Positions 27,551 through 34,245 of a DNA stretch of 40,000 nucleotides are shown one piece after another; position 1 is the stretch's first letter, and each line of letters opens with the position of its first letter. The notes below the pieces were generated by a model that was given only the letters and a program-made list of their open reading frames with translations, did not search any database and was not told the origin of the DNA. The translations under genes and the position numbers were made by a program. Source of the stretch: Domibacillus iocasae. Lineage in GTDB: Bacteria; Bacillota; Bacilli; Bacillales; Domibacillaceae. The stretch covers positions 353,751-393,750 of the forward strand of contig NZ_MAMP01000012.1 of assembly GCF_001750285.1 (NCBI RefSeq), written 5' to 3'.

Positions 27551-27925
27551 GTGAAAATTTTGGAAGAAACAACTTTTTATAATAACCGAGGCAAACCCGT
27601 CGCTTATACTCAAGATGAAACTTATATTTATCTGTTCTCTGGAAAACCAGTTGGATATTTTGATCAGGATTCCATCTTTTCTTTTTCAGGCAAACATCTT
27701 GGTCGTTATAATAATGGTTGGGTTAGAGATAATAGTGGAAAATGTGTGTTTTTTACCGTTAATGCATCTGGCTCAGGTCCTGCTAAACCCGCTAAATCAG
27801 CCAAACCGGCAAAAGGCGCTAAATCAGCTAAGCCTGCTAAAGGAGCTAAGCAAGCACGCCCTGCAAGACCAGCTAATAGTCTGAGCTGGTCTAGTTTATC
27901 TTTCGAATGGTTCTTCAATCAGTAA
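27551..27925 (+). CDS. 4-fold beta-flower-like protein with an Ala/Lys/Pro-repeat C-terminal tail
   Basis: There are four internal repeats of (S/R)GK(P/H/C)(V/L)(A/G/F)(Y/R/F): RGKPVAY, SGKPVGY, SGKHLGR, SGKCVFF. These are followed by PAKPAKSAKPAKGAKSAKPAKGAKQARPARPA (DNA 27778-27872). The start is uncertain: GTG 27551, or TTG 27560, which has better RBS spacing. Confidence 0.55.
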   Translation: MKILEETTFYNNRGKPVAYTQDETYIYLFSGKPVGYFDQDSIFSFSGKHLGRYNNGWVRDNSGKCVFFTVNASGSGPAKPAKSAKPAKGAKSAKPAKGAKQARPARPANSLSWSSLSFEWFFNQ

Positions 27926-27926
27926 A

Positions 27927-27961
27927 TAAAAAGCACTACCTTAAAGAGGTAGTGCTTTTTT
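27927..27961. terminator. Bidirectional terminator shared by convergent genes
   Basis: A perfect 11-bp stem AAGCACTACCT/AGGTAGTGCTT is flanked by an A-run and a T-run. Confidence 0.8.
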
Positions 27962-28026
27962 AATGCTATTGATTTGTCTTTCTCATATATACGTCATCTG
28001 TACGACAAAAAATTCTTATTATTGTT

Positions 28027-28491
28027 TTAAGCATACAAGTCAATAATATGTTCTTTATATTCAGCCTTTGGTAAAGTACCGTCCTTCTTGAATTCAAATT
28101 CTAACTTTATCACTATTTCTTCGCCAGTTTTTTCCCGTAATTTATTTAACAGTTCTATGTGTGAGTCTAAATTTTGCTTAAATCTTCTAATTGAATTCCA
28201 AATAATCCGTAATGCTACACGCCTGTTTGAATTAATCTCTTTTTTTAATTTCTCTTTTTGGTTTTTTGAAATTTTAGCACCACGATTAATGCTATGAATG
28301 TATTCGGATCTATGTTTGATTATTTCGCTGTAAGCATGGATTGGAAAAACAATTTGTAAAATCACTACATTTAATAAGCGTCTAAAAAGAAACTTGGTTT
28401 TGGAGTAATAAAAAATCCTTAATAAAAGACCCAGAAAAATGGAGATAGTAAACGCAACGAATAGAATTTTAAAATCATGATTAGTTAGCAT
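28027..28491 (-). CDS. Membrane-anchored protein of unknown function (1-2 N-terminal TM, charged coiled C-terminal part)
   Basis: 154 aa, very AT-rich, no family recognised. It is the second gene of a two-gene unit. Confidence 0.6.
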   Translation of the reverse strand: MLTNHDFKILFVAFTISIFLGLLLRIFYYSKTKFLFRRLLNVVILQIVFPIHAYSEIIKHRSEYIHSINRGAKISKNQKEKLKKEINSNRRVALRIIWNSIRRFKQNLDSHIELLNKLREKTGEEIVIKLEFEFKKDGTLPKAEYKEHIIDLYA

Positions 28492-28510
28492 TTAGTTCAC
28501 CCTTTCTTTT

Positions 28511-28969
28511 TTAAGCAGTCTTTTCCTTGGATTCGCTCCAAATTTTAGGGGCACTTCTTACTCCGTAATTAAATATTTCTATACCTAATAGTACAATTAT
28601 AGCCACAAAACTATAAAACACATAATTTTTCGCACTAAAAGGTTCAATCATACTTGTTAAAAAGTTATTTGTATTTCCGGATAACATGTATCCATCTTTT
28701 CCGTTTTCAAGTATTAGAAAGTTAAAAAAGCCTGCAGCATCTACACAAGCAAATAGCACAGATAAAACAATACCCATGCATCCGATTATTCTTTCCAACC
28801 CTAGATTATAATATGCTACATTTGAATAATCAATGATGAGCATAAGAAAAAAGACTAGCCTTGAAGCAAAAAATATTTTTGTTTCAAGTTCTGTACTAGG
28901 CTGAAAATTAATCAAAAAAAGGTTTGCGCCAATTAGTACGGCTCTGAAAAGAGTAAGGAAAAATTTCAT
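28511..28969 (-). CDS. Polytopic membrane protein of unknown function (about 4-5 TM)
   Basis: 152 aa with a GGTGGA RBS, very AT-rich. It is the first gene of a two-gene unit. Confidence 0.6.
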   Translation of the reverse strand: MKFFLTLFRAVLIGANLFLINFQPSTELETKIFFASRLVFFLMLIIDYSNVAYYNLGLERIIGCMGIVLSVLFACVDAAGFFNFLILENGKDGYMLSGNTNNFLTSMIEPFSAKNYVFYSFVAIIVLLGIEIFNYGVRSAPKIWSESKEKTA

Positions 28970-29009
28970 TTTTTATCCACCTATTGGAAATCTTATACTT
29001 CATCATACA

Positions 29010-29039
29010 ATAATACCTAATTTGACCTATAGTTGTAAA
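29010..29039 (-). promoter_or_regulatory. Candidate sigmaA-type promoter of the two-gene membrane unit
   Basis: On the minus strand: TTTACA (29039-29034), 18 nt, TATTAT (29015-29010), about 40 nt upstream of ATG 28969. Confidence 0.4.
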
Positions 29040-29075
29040 TACCCTTTTTTAAATCCGTACAAACGAAATGTTTTT

Positions 29076-29570
29076 TTATGAAACTAAAAAAAGGCTGCCG
29101 TTTTTTCTAACTTCAATTTTCTGCTCTGCTCGTTCTAAGTACGTCTGGACAGATGACTTAGTAAGCCCTAATAATTCTGCCGTATACTCGAATGTGATTC
29201 CTTCCGCTTTAATCAATGTAAATACATCTTTTTCCCTCGTTGTTAAATCCCCAAGCACATCATCCAGCAACCATTTCTCATCAGCTGTCAGCTTTCTTTC
29301 TTCGCTGGCCACAATTCGATTCGGAACAACAGCTTCAATCAGTTTCGGATCCAACGTATAAGCCCCTGTCCGATCAGCCCCGCGTCTTGCATCCGGATTC
29401 CGGCCGGACACCATCCACTGAATAGCAAATTCCACTTCGCTGATCATGCTGTTAATGAGCGTCTTATCCTGGAGGTCCTGTTCCAACAATTCCGGTTTGG
29501 CTTCGATGGCTGCCTTCACTTCCTTCAGCGCTCGTAATGATTGTTTGTATTCGTAAATGAGTGTCCGCAT
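29076..29570 (-). CDS. Sigma-70-like late gene activator (Xpf-like)
   Basis: The C-terminal sequence LTTREKDVFTLIKAEGITFEYTAELLGLTKSSVQTYLERAEQKI is a sigma region-4 HTH. Size and position upstream of the packaging genes match PBSX xpf. ATG 29570 is preferred over the track TTG at 29600, which lies in the terminator T-run. Confidence 0.7.
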   Translation of the reverse strand: MRTLIYEYKQSLRALKEVKAAIEAKPELLEQDLQDKTLINSMISEVEFAIQWMVSGRNPDARRGADRTGAYTLDPKLIEAVVPNRIVASEERKLTADEKWLLDDVLGDLTTREKDVFTLIKAEGITFEYTAELLGLTKSSVQTYLERAEQKIEVRKNGSLFLVS

Positions 29571-29596
29571 GTTTATTCCCCATTTCTTTTTATTAA

Positions 29597-29651
29597 GCAA
29601 ATAAAAAAGGACACCAAACAGCGCACGATTTTTCGTGTCTGTTCAGTGTCC
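29597..29651 (-). terminator. Strong intrinsic terminator immediately upstream of the sigma-like gene
   Basis: A 43-nt imperfect hairpin spans 29609-29651 (GGACAC..AACAG..CACG / CGTG..CTGTT..GTGTCC). It is followed on the minus strand by TTTTTTATTT. Confidence 0.7.
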
Positions 29652-29674
29652 TTCAGATGGCTGAGAGAACTATT

Positions 29675-30388
29675 CTATTGTTTCTTTTTGATTAAATGCT
29701 TTCTTTTTATGTCCCCTTTTCCTCCTACTGTAGAATCGAAAAAATATAGGGCGCAATAAATCAAAGCAACTATGGTGGTCAAATAAAAAATAATTATTCT
29801 AAATGTGGAAGAAAAAATTTCATTGTCCTTATCTACTATTACGTCTGCAAGAGCTACTAGCGCGATGAGCGCTAATATTATACAAATATATTCAAAAACT
29901 TCTTTCAATAAAAAAAGTATATTTCCAGGAAGGCTAATCCATCGATTAATTGTTTTTTTCTTTATCCACCAATTCAAATCTTTGGAACTCACCATCAGTT
30001 TTTCCCAATAATGTTTTTCAACTTGTTTTGTCAAATAAAAGAATTCATCTATCAGTTCTTTATTAGAGATACTCCCTTCTCTTATTTTTATGGATAATTC
30101 ATGAAAGTTACTAATCAGTTTATCATCGTACAGTTTGTAAATCTCATCATTATTTGAATAGAATAAAATAAACTTCTTAACCTTTTTAACGTTATACTTA
30201 TTTACATTTGTAATTAGTAACGCTTCTTTATACATCTTTGCAATAAGGCTATCCATACTGTCTTCAACCATTAAAGAAAACTTTTTTCCTCTCTCGCTTA
30301 GTTTTCCTAAAGAAAAAGCCAGCATTGCAGAAATAACGGCCACAATAATAGGTATATATTCTTTAATGTTTATAAAAGCATCTGTCAA
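29675..30388 (-). CDS. Membrane protein of unknown function (N-terminal TM, helical middle, C-terminal TM pair)
   Basis: 237 aa. The TTG start overlaps the upstream stop (TTGA), with GAGGGGG 7 nt upstream. The gene is very AT-rich. Confidence 0.6.
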   Translation of the reverse strand: MTDAFINIKEYIPIIVAVISAMLAFSLGKLSERGKKFSLMVEDSMDSLIAKMYKEALLITNVNKYNVKKVKKFILFYSNNDEIYKLYDDKLISNFHELSIKIREGSISNKELIDEFFYLTKQVEKHYWEKLMVSSKDLNWWIKKKTINRWISLPGNILFLLKEVFEYICIILALIALVALADVIVDKDNEIFSSTFRIIIFYLTTIVALIYCALYFFDSTVGGKGDIKRKHLIKKKQ

Positions 30389-30579
30389 AAATCTTCCCCC
30401 TCTTCCCGTCTCATCCGCTTCACCTTGCCCTGATGCGTGACAATCTTGTATTCCCCATGCGGAGGCAGCTCTCTGATCTTGACCTTCCCGTCACAGACCA
30501 CCAAAACACATGTACTTGGTATTTCCATTATATCCAATTCTAGCTTCATTGTGGATATATCAATCTCGTATTCTCTCAT
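30385..30579 (-). CDS. XtrA/YqaO-like small protein
   Basis: 64 aa. The pattern CVLVVCDGKVKIRELPPHGEYKIVTHQGKVKRMRREEGEDF resembles the XtrA/YqaO family as I recall it. Its position ahead of the sigma-like gene matches PBSX. Confidence 0.5.
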   Translation of the reverse strand: MREYEIDISTMKLELDIMEIPSTCVLVVCDGKVKIRELPPHGEYKIVTHQGKVKRMRREEGEDF

Positions 30580-30633
30580 AGTCGAGGAGCCCCCAGTCTG
30601 TTAAAATAGAATTGCGAGTAATATTGAAACAGG

Positions 30634-30664
30634 CCGGGGACATGTTCTCGGTTTTTTTCTTTTG
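30634..30664 (+). terminator. Orphan plus-strand terminator-like hairpin
   Basis: CCGGGGA-CATG-TTCTCGG (7 bp including 2 G-U pairs), followed by TTTTTTTCTTTT. No plus-strand gene lies upstream of it. Confidence 0.35.
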
Positions 30665-30780
30665 TCACAGAAAATTTACAATTTCAGAAAATAATTACAA
30701 ATTACGAGGTAAAACCCTTAATTTTTACATATTTATGTTTTATACTCTTTTAAAACCCTTTACAGGCTAGGGAGGATCAC

Positions 30781-30948
30781 ATGGAGCAAAGCCAATTAAT
30801 TTCTACTAGTCTAGATTCACAAATTAACGATCTTCGATTTCAGATGATTATTGCTGGGCAGCAACATGGCCTTAGTAGCCCTGAAACCTTACGATACAGC
30901 GAAGAATTGGATAAGCTAATTCTTGAATTTCAACTACAATATAGATAA
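30781..30948 (+). CDS. Spo0E-family aspartyl-phosphate phosphatase-like protein (55 aa)
   Basis: MEQSQLISTSLDSQINDLRFQMIIAGQQHGLSSPETLRYSEELDKLILEFQLQYR fits the Spo0E/YisI/YnzD pattern I..R..M......GL....T...S(Q/E)ELD.LI..(Y/F)Q. A GGGAGGA RBS is present. The gene is on the opposite strand to the phage backbone and is below the track cutoff. Confidence 0.7.
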   Translation: MEQSQLISTSLDSQINDLRFQMIIAGQQHGLSSPETLRYSEELDKLILEFQLQYR

Positions 30949-31060
30949 TTGAAACTTGTGATCAATCTTTCTGGGCTTTTGTGAATAATTTTTTTATCAA
31001 GTGGTACATACTAGTACTGTCAGTTTAAAACCCTACTTCTTCAACTCGACAGCCTTTCTG

Positions 31061-31095
31061 CAGTCAGAGCCCCCGCCTGGCTGTTTTTTGTTTTT
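31061..31095 (+). terminator. Probable terminator of the Spo0E-like gene
   Basis: CAGTCAG-N9-CTGGCTG (one mismatch), followed by TTTTTTGTTTTT. Confidence 0.45.
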
Positions 31096-31220
31096 CAAGA
31101 AGTCCATATTCTTATGTTTTTTTGCTTATTGGTAATAAGTAGTATAGACTTGGTTCATCAAGCTGTAATTACACCCCTGTTGTTGCAGGTTGATCGCTCG
31201 GGAGCATTTGCTTCTGGGTG

Positions 31221-31499
31221 TTAATTGAATCCCCACTGCTTCTTCGCCATTTCCAAGCGTTCCGGCGTTAAATCCTGATACTTCGCTAAAATGTGTTCAT
31301 CACTTAATCCTTTTTCCATAAACCGCATGTATTGTGCTTTACTCAAATTTCCGTTCGAATTAACTGTGCGCTTTGGCCGCTCCTGCTTCTTCATGTTTCG
31401 TAAATAAGCAGGCAATTTTGATTCAAACTTTTCTGCGCAATAGGCTTTTACTTCTTCTGGCGTCCACTGCTGCTCAATTACTGCTCCATGGTATGCCAT
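31221..31499 (-). CDS. Hypothetical phage protein (92 aa)
   Basis: Track ORF. It overlaps the upstream gene by 22 nt. No family recognised. Confidence 0.55.
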   Translation of the reverse strand: MAYHGAVIEQQWTPEEVKAYCAEKFESKLPAYLRNMKKQERPKRTVNSNGNLSKAQYMRFMEKGLSDEHILAKYQDLTPERLEMAKKQWGFN

Positions 31500-31771
31500 T
31501 TTTGTTTTCCTCCCGTCAGTTCTTCAAAACATTCCTTATTCTTCGTAAGAAGCGCCAGATCAATAAGCACTGTTTTGTCCTGATACTCATTAAGCAAATT
31601 ATCTGCTGGTTGCAGACGGTATGATTCAAACAGCGCACGAGTTGGCACCAGCCATTTCAGTTCACCATCTTTGACACTGGCCACTCTCTTTATTTCCACT
31701 TGACCCCCGTAGAGGGTAATTGTTGTGATATAGCCGATTACAATATCATCACCTACTGCGACAGAGCCCAC
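31478..31771 (-). CDS. IDEAL-domain-like protein
   Basis: The C-terminal sequence VLIDLALLTKNKECFEELTG resembles the IDEAL motif. The GTG start lies almost inside GGAAGGAG, so the exact start is uncertain. Confidence 0.5.
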   Translation of the reverse strand: MGSVAVGDDIVIGYITTITLYGGQVEIKRVASVKDGELKWLVPTRALFESYRLQPADNLLNEYQDKTVLIDLALLTKNKECFEELTGGKQKWHTMEQ

Positions 31772-31906
31772 TCTCCTTCCAACATGGCTGCCATCCCTTT
31801 AATTACATTTTTTTTCGTTACATAATCTAACAAAAAATGTTTGTTTTTATTAAAACCGGGTAAAATATCAATTCAAAGATTTCAAAAATAAGGAGGTTTT
31901 CTAAAG

Positions 31907-32077
31907 ATGCTACCAATTGAACTTTTCGGATGGATCATATCATTTCTTTTAATGGTCAGCTTTATTGGTTCATTAGTGTTCGTATCAAGAAAGCCCACAT
32001 TGTTTTCGAAATCGGAATACGATTCACCGCAAAATAATAATCAAAATCCCGAACGAAAAGGTAAACAATTTTATTAA
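31907..32077 (+). CDS. Small single-TM membrane peptide (56 aa)
   Basis: MLPIELFGWIISFLLMVSFIGSLVFVSRKPTLFSKSEYDSPQNNNQNPERKGKQFY. A strong AAGGAGG RBS is present, and a terminator follows immediately. Confidence 0.5.
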   Translation: MLPIELFGWIISFLLMVSFIGSLVFVSRKPTLFSKSEYDSPQNNNQNPERKGKQFY

Positions 32078-32100
32078 AGCGCTTATAGCGCTTTTATTTC
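32077..32100 (+). terminator. Intrinsic terminator
   Basis: AAGCGCT-TAT-AGCGCTT followed by TTTATTT. Confidence 0.6.
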
Positions 32101-32156
32101 GTCTTCATATTCCATTATTAAGCTAAAGAATACTTACATCTAGGAGTGACATCACA

Positions 32157-32399
32157 ATGGATTTTGACACCATCAAAGACAAACTTGAAGCTCTTTGTTG
32201 CTACAATAATATTCGTATTACCTATTCATTCGATAAGGACAAACACCCTTATTTAAAGGCACAATGCAAAAATGGTACAGAAACAATACAGGTAAGGATT
32301 CTCTCCAATAATGAATTAATCGAATTTGATTCAATTGAAAAAGCAGCTTCTGCCATAGAAATGCTACTTCAGACTGAACCTCTTGAAGACATCTCCTAA
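32157..32399 (+). CDS. Hypothetical protein, paralog A of a two-member small-protein family
   Basis: 80 aa. It shares M.F..IK..LE......I.Y.F....HP......KN....IQ.........E........AAS.I..L with the ORF at 32859-33077. Confidence 0.6.
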   Translation: MDFDTIKDKLEALCCYNNIRITYSFDKDKHPYLKAQCKNGTETIQVRILSNNELIEFDSIEKAASAIEMLLQTEPLEDIS

Positions 32400-32422
32400 A
32401 ATGACACAGCACCAGATTTATT

Positions 32423-32451
32423 CAGCCAAGTACCAATTGCTTGGCTGTTTT
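32423..32451 (+). terminator. Hairpin/terminator after paralog A
   Basis: CAGCCAAG-N9-CTTGGCTG followed by TTTT. Confidence 0.45.
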
Positions 32452-32494
32452 CCACCGAAAACACAACTTCTTTTATCCTTCAGGCTCACCCCTT

Positions 32495-32716
32495 TTAAAA
32501 TGGTTTCATTTGTTCAAAAAACGCTGGTTCTTCTTGCTTATCAAAAATGTCCTCTTCAATGACTTGATCTGATACGGTTTCTATATTTTCGATTTTGGTC
32601 TCCAGCTCTATTAAGTCGAAATGTTCAAACCAGTGAACCGGATAACAGGCAAGCACCCTTTTTAAATCGTCTGTTTCGTAAACATCAACGAGCAGTTCAT
32701 ACCCATATTCCAGCAT
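32495..32716 (-). CDS. Highly acidic small protein (73 aa)
   Basis: MLEYGYELLVDVYETDDLKRVLACYPVHWFEHFDLIELETKIENIETVSDQVIEEDIFDKQEEPAFFEQMKPF. ATG 32716 lies 7 nt after AAAGGAGTG. The longer track start lacks an RBS. Confidence 0.55.
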   Translation of the reverse strand: MLEYGYELLVDVYETDDLKRVLACYPVHWFEHFDLIELETKIENIETVSDQVIEEDIFDKQEEPAFFEQMKPF

Positions 32717-32858
32717 CTCAAGCACTCCTTTATGACGTGATATGGACGTACTGTTTAGCAGTCTCATGATTGTGGTACATTTACTACTAAATACATTCAT
32801 TGGATTTCTTTCGACTTTTTTTAGTCCCTTTCCTCTGGTGAGAAAGGAGGAAAATGAA

Positions 32859-33077
32859 ATGTCCTTTGAGAGTATAAAGATGTTGTTAGAGTTTATGCAG
32901 CATCATAGGAGTACTGAAATCATTTATACTTTCAAAAATAACAACCATCCTGTAGCTATAGTTAGTTTGAAAAACATTGGTATAATACAAATTATATTTT
33001 CTCAACTGCCACATGAAATCAGCTACTACCATGATGCAGATGAAGCTGCATCTGTTATCGACAAACTAATAAATTAA
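32859..33077 (+). CDS. Hypothetical protein, paralog B (72 aa)
   Basis: ATG 32859 follows AAAGGAGGAAAATGAA. The track start at 32742 would add a hydrophobic, RBS-less extension overlapping the convergent gene. Confidence 0.6.
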   Translation: MSFESIKMLLEFMQHHRSTEIIYTFKNNNHPVAIVSLKNIGIIQIIFSQLPHEISYYHDADEAASVIDKLIN

Positions 33078-33091
33078 AAGTTTTTTATACT

Positions 33092-33122
33092 AACTCCTTT
33101 GAAATTTCAGAGGAGTTTTTTA
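33092..33122 (+). terminator. Intrinsic terminator after paralog B
   Basis: AACTCCTTTGA-AATT-TCAGAGGAGTT followed by TTTTT. Confidence 0.65.
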
Positions 33123-33148
33123 ATTGCACAGTTTCGGTCATCTGCTGC

Positions 33149-33283
33149 TCAATTCTCACATTCCAATTCTTCATAGAAATAAGTGGATTTTTTGTTATCT
33201 ACAGCATCTCTTAAATCATAATCAGCGTAATAAAATCCCATAGGTTCTTTGCACTTGGCACATGGAAAAGTCAATATTGGCAA
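33149..33283 (-). CDS. Possible small CxxC protein (44 aa), speculative
   Basis: A TTG start follows GAGGAAAGAAT. The protein reads (M)PILTFPCAKCKEPMGFYYADYDLRDAVDNKKSTYFYEELECEN. There is no other support. Confidence 0.2.
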   Translation of the reverse strand: MPILTFPCAKCKEPMGFYYADYDLRDAVDNKKSTYFYEELECEN

Positions 33284-33377
33284 ATTCTTTCCTCGTTCAC
33301 AATTTCGTTCTAATGTTGAGTATTAATTTTTTTTATTGTGGTAAAATTATTTAGAAACGGTTAGGAGGCAGTTCTAT

Positions 33378-34217
33378 TTGAGTGTATATTTAAACGATCA
33401 GTATGTTGTTGACATCTCGAACAAAATATTGAGTCTGCGGGACCAGTTGATTAAGGAAAAAGCTAATCTGGACAGCAATCAAGTCCATGCAAACATTGAA
33501 AAGCATTTAAAAAGCTGGCGTAAAAATCTTGTTGAAATTTACGCTTATTCTATTTCAAGAGATATGGACGCCACATTCAGTATTTTGAGGGAATGGGGAG
33601 ACGAAGCTGTCGATACTCTGGTGAATCTGAATCTGCCCCTGGATATTGCGCTTGATGAAGTGCGGGATTATCGGAACCTAATCGGTCTTATCATTAAAGA
33701 TGAAGCCATTAAATACGATTTATCCTTTGATCAATTTTATGAGATCCTTTCACGGTTTGGTGCCGTGGTGGACCGGGCTGTTCACTGGCTTAGCATGTCT
33801 TATACAAGAAAATTCCTTACCCGTATCAATGCTGCAGAAGCAGTCGCTCTGGAATTATCAATACCTGTCATTAAAGTAGCTGAGACTGTCGGCGTTCTTC
33901 CTTTAATAGGAGACATTGACACGAAAAGAGCACAGGAACTAATGGATAAAGCCATGGCAAAAAGCAGTGAATTGTCTTTAGAATATATCGTTATAGACTT
34001 ATCAGGCGTTCCCATCATCGATACCATGGTAGCAGATCGAATATTCAAAGTTATAAACGGTCTTTCTCTTTTAGGGATTAAAGCATTACTGACAGGGATC
34101 AGACCCGAGATTGCCCAAACCATGATTAACTTAGGCGTCAATGTCAACACTTCAGATATCCCCGTCTATTCCTCTCTGCAAAAAGCTTTGAAAAGTTTAC
34201 GAGTGGAGAGCCTTTGA
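33378..34217 (+). CDS. RsbR-family stressosome sensor paralog (N-terminal helical sensor domain plus C-terminal STAS domain)
   Basis: 279 aa with a TTG start 9 nt after TAGGAGG. The C-terminal half ELSIPVIKVAETVGVLPLIGDIDTKRAQELMDKAM...YIVIDLSGVPIIDTMVADRIFKVINGLSLLGIKALLTGIRPEIAQTMINLGV closely follows the RsbRA-RD STAS consensus. This includes both Thr positions (DTKRA, IDTMVA) that I recall as RsbT phosphorylation sites. Confidence 0.8.
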   Translation: MSVYLNDQYVVDISNKILSLRDQLIKEKANLDSNQVHANIEKHLKSWRKNLVEIYAYSISRDMDATFSILREWGDEAVDTLVNLNLPLDIALDEVRDYRNLIGLIIKDEAIKYDLSFDQFYEILSRFGAVVDRAVHWLSMSYTRKFLTRINAAEAVALELSIPVIKVAETVGVLPLIGDIDTKRAQELMDKAMAKSSELSLEYIVIDLSGVPIIDTMVADRIFKVINGLSLLGIKALLTGIRPEIAQTMINLGVNVNTSDIPVYSSLQKALKSLRVESL

Positions 34218-34245
34218 TTTTCTGAATCAAAAGGTAATTTACAAG

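Noticed and set aside
28511-29570. Considered an ECF sigma/anti-sigma reading: the sigma-like gene followed by membrane proteins.
   Set aside because: The membrane genes have their own promoter-like sequence in a 106-bp spacer and a very different base composition. They show no anti-sigma (zinc-binding HxxxCxxC) motif. The sigma-like gene matches the phage Xpf late-activator context. This is not excluded, only unsupported.
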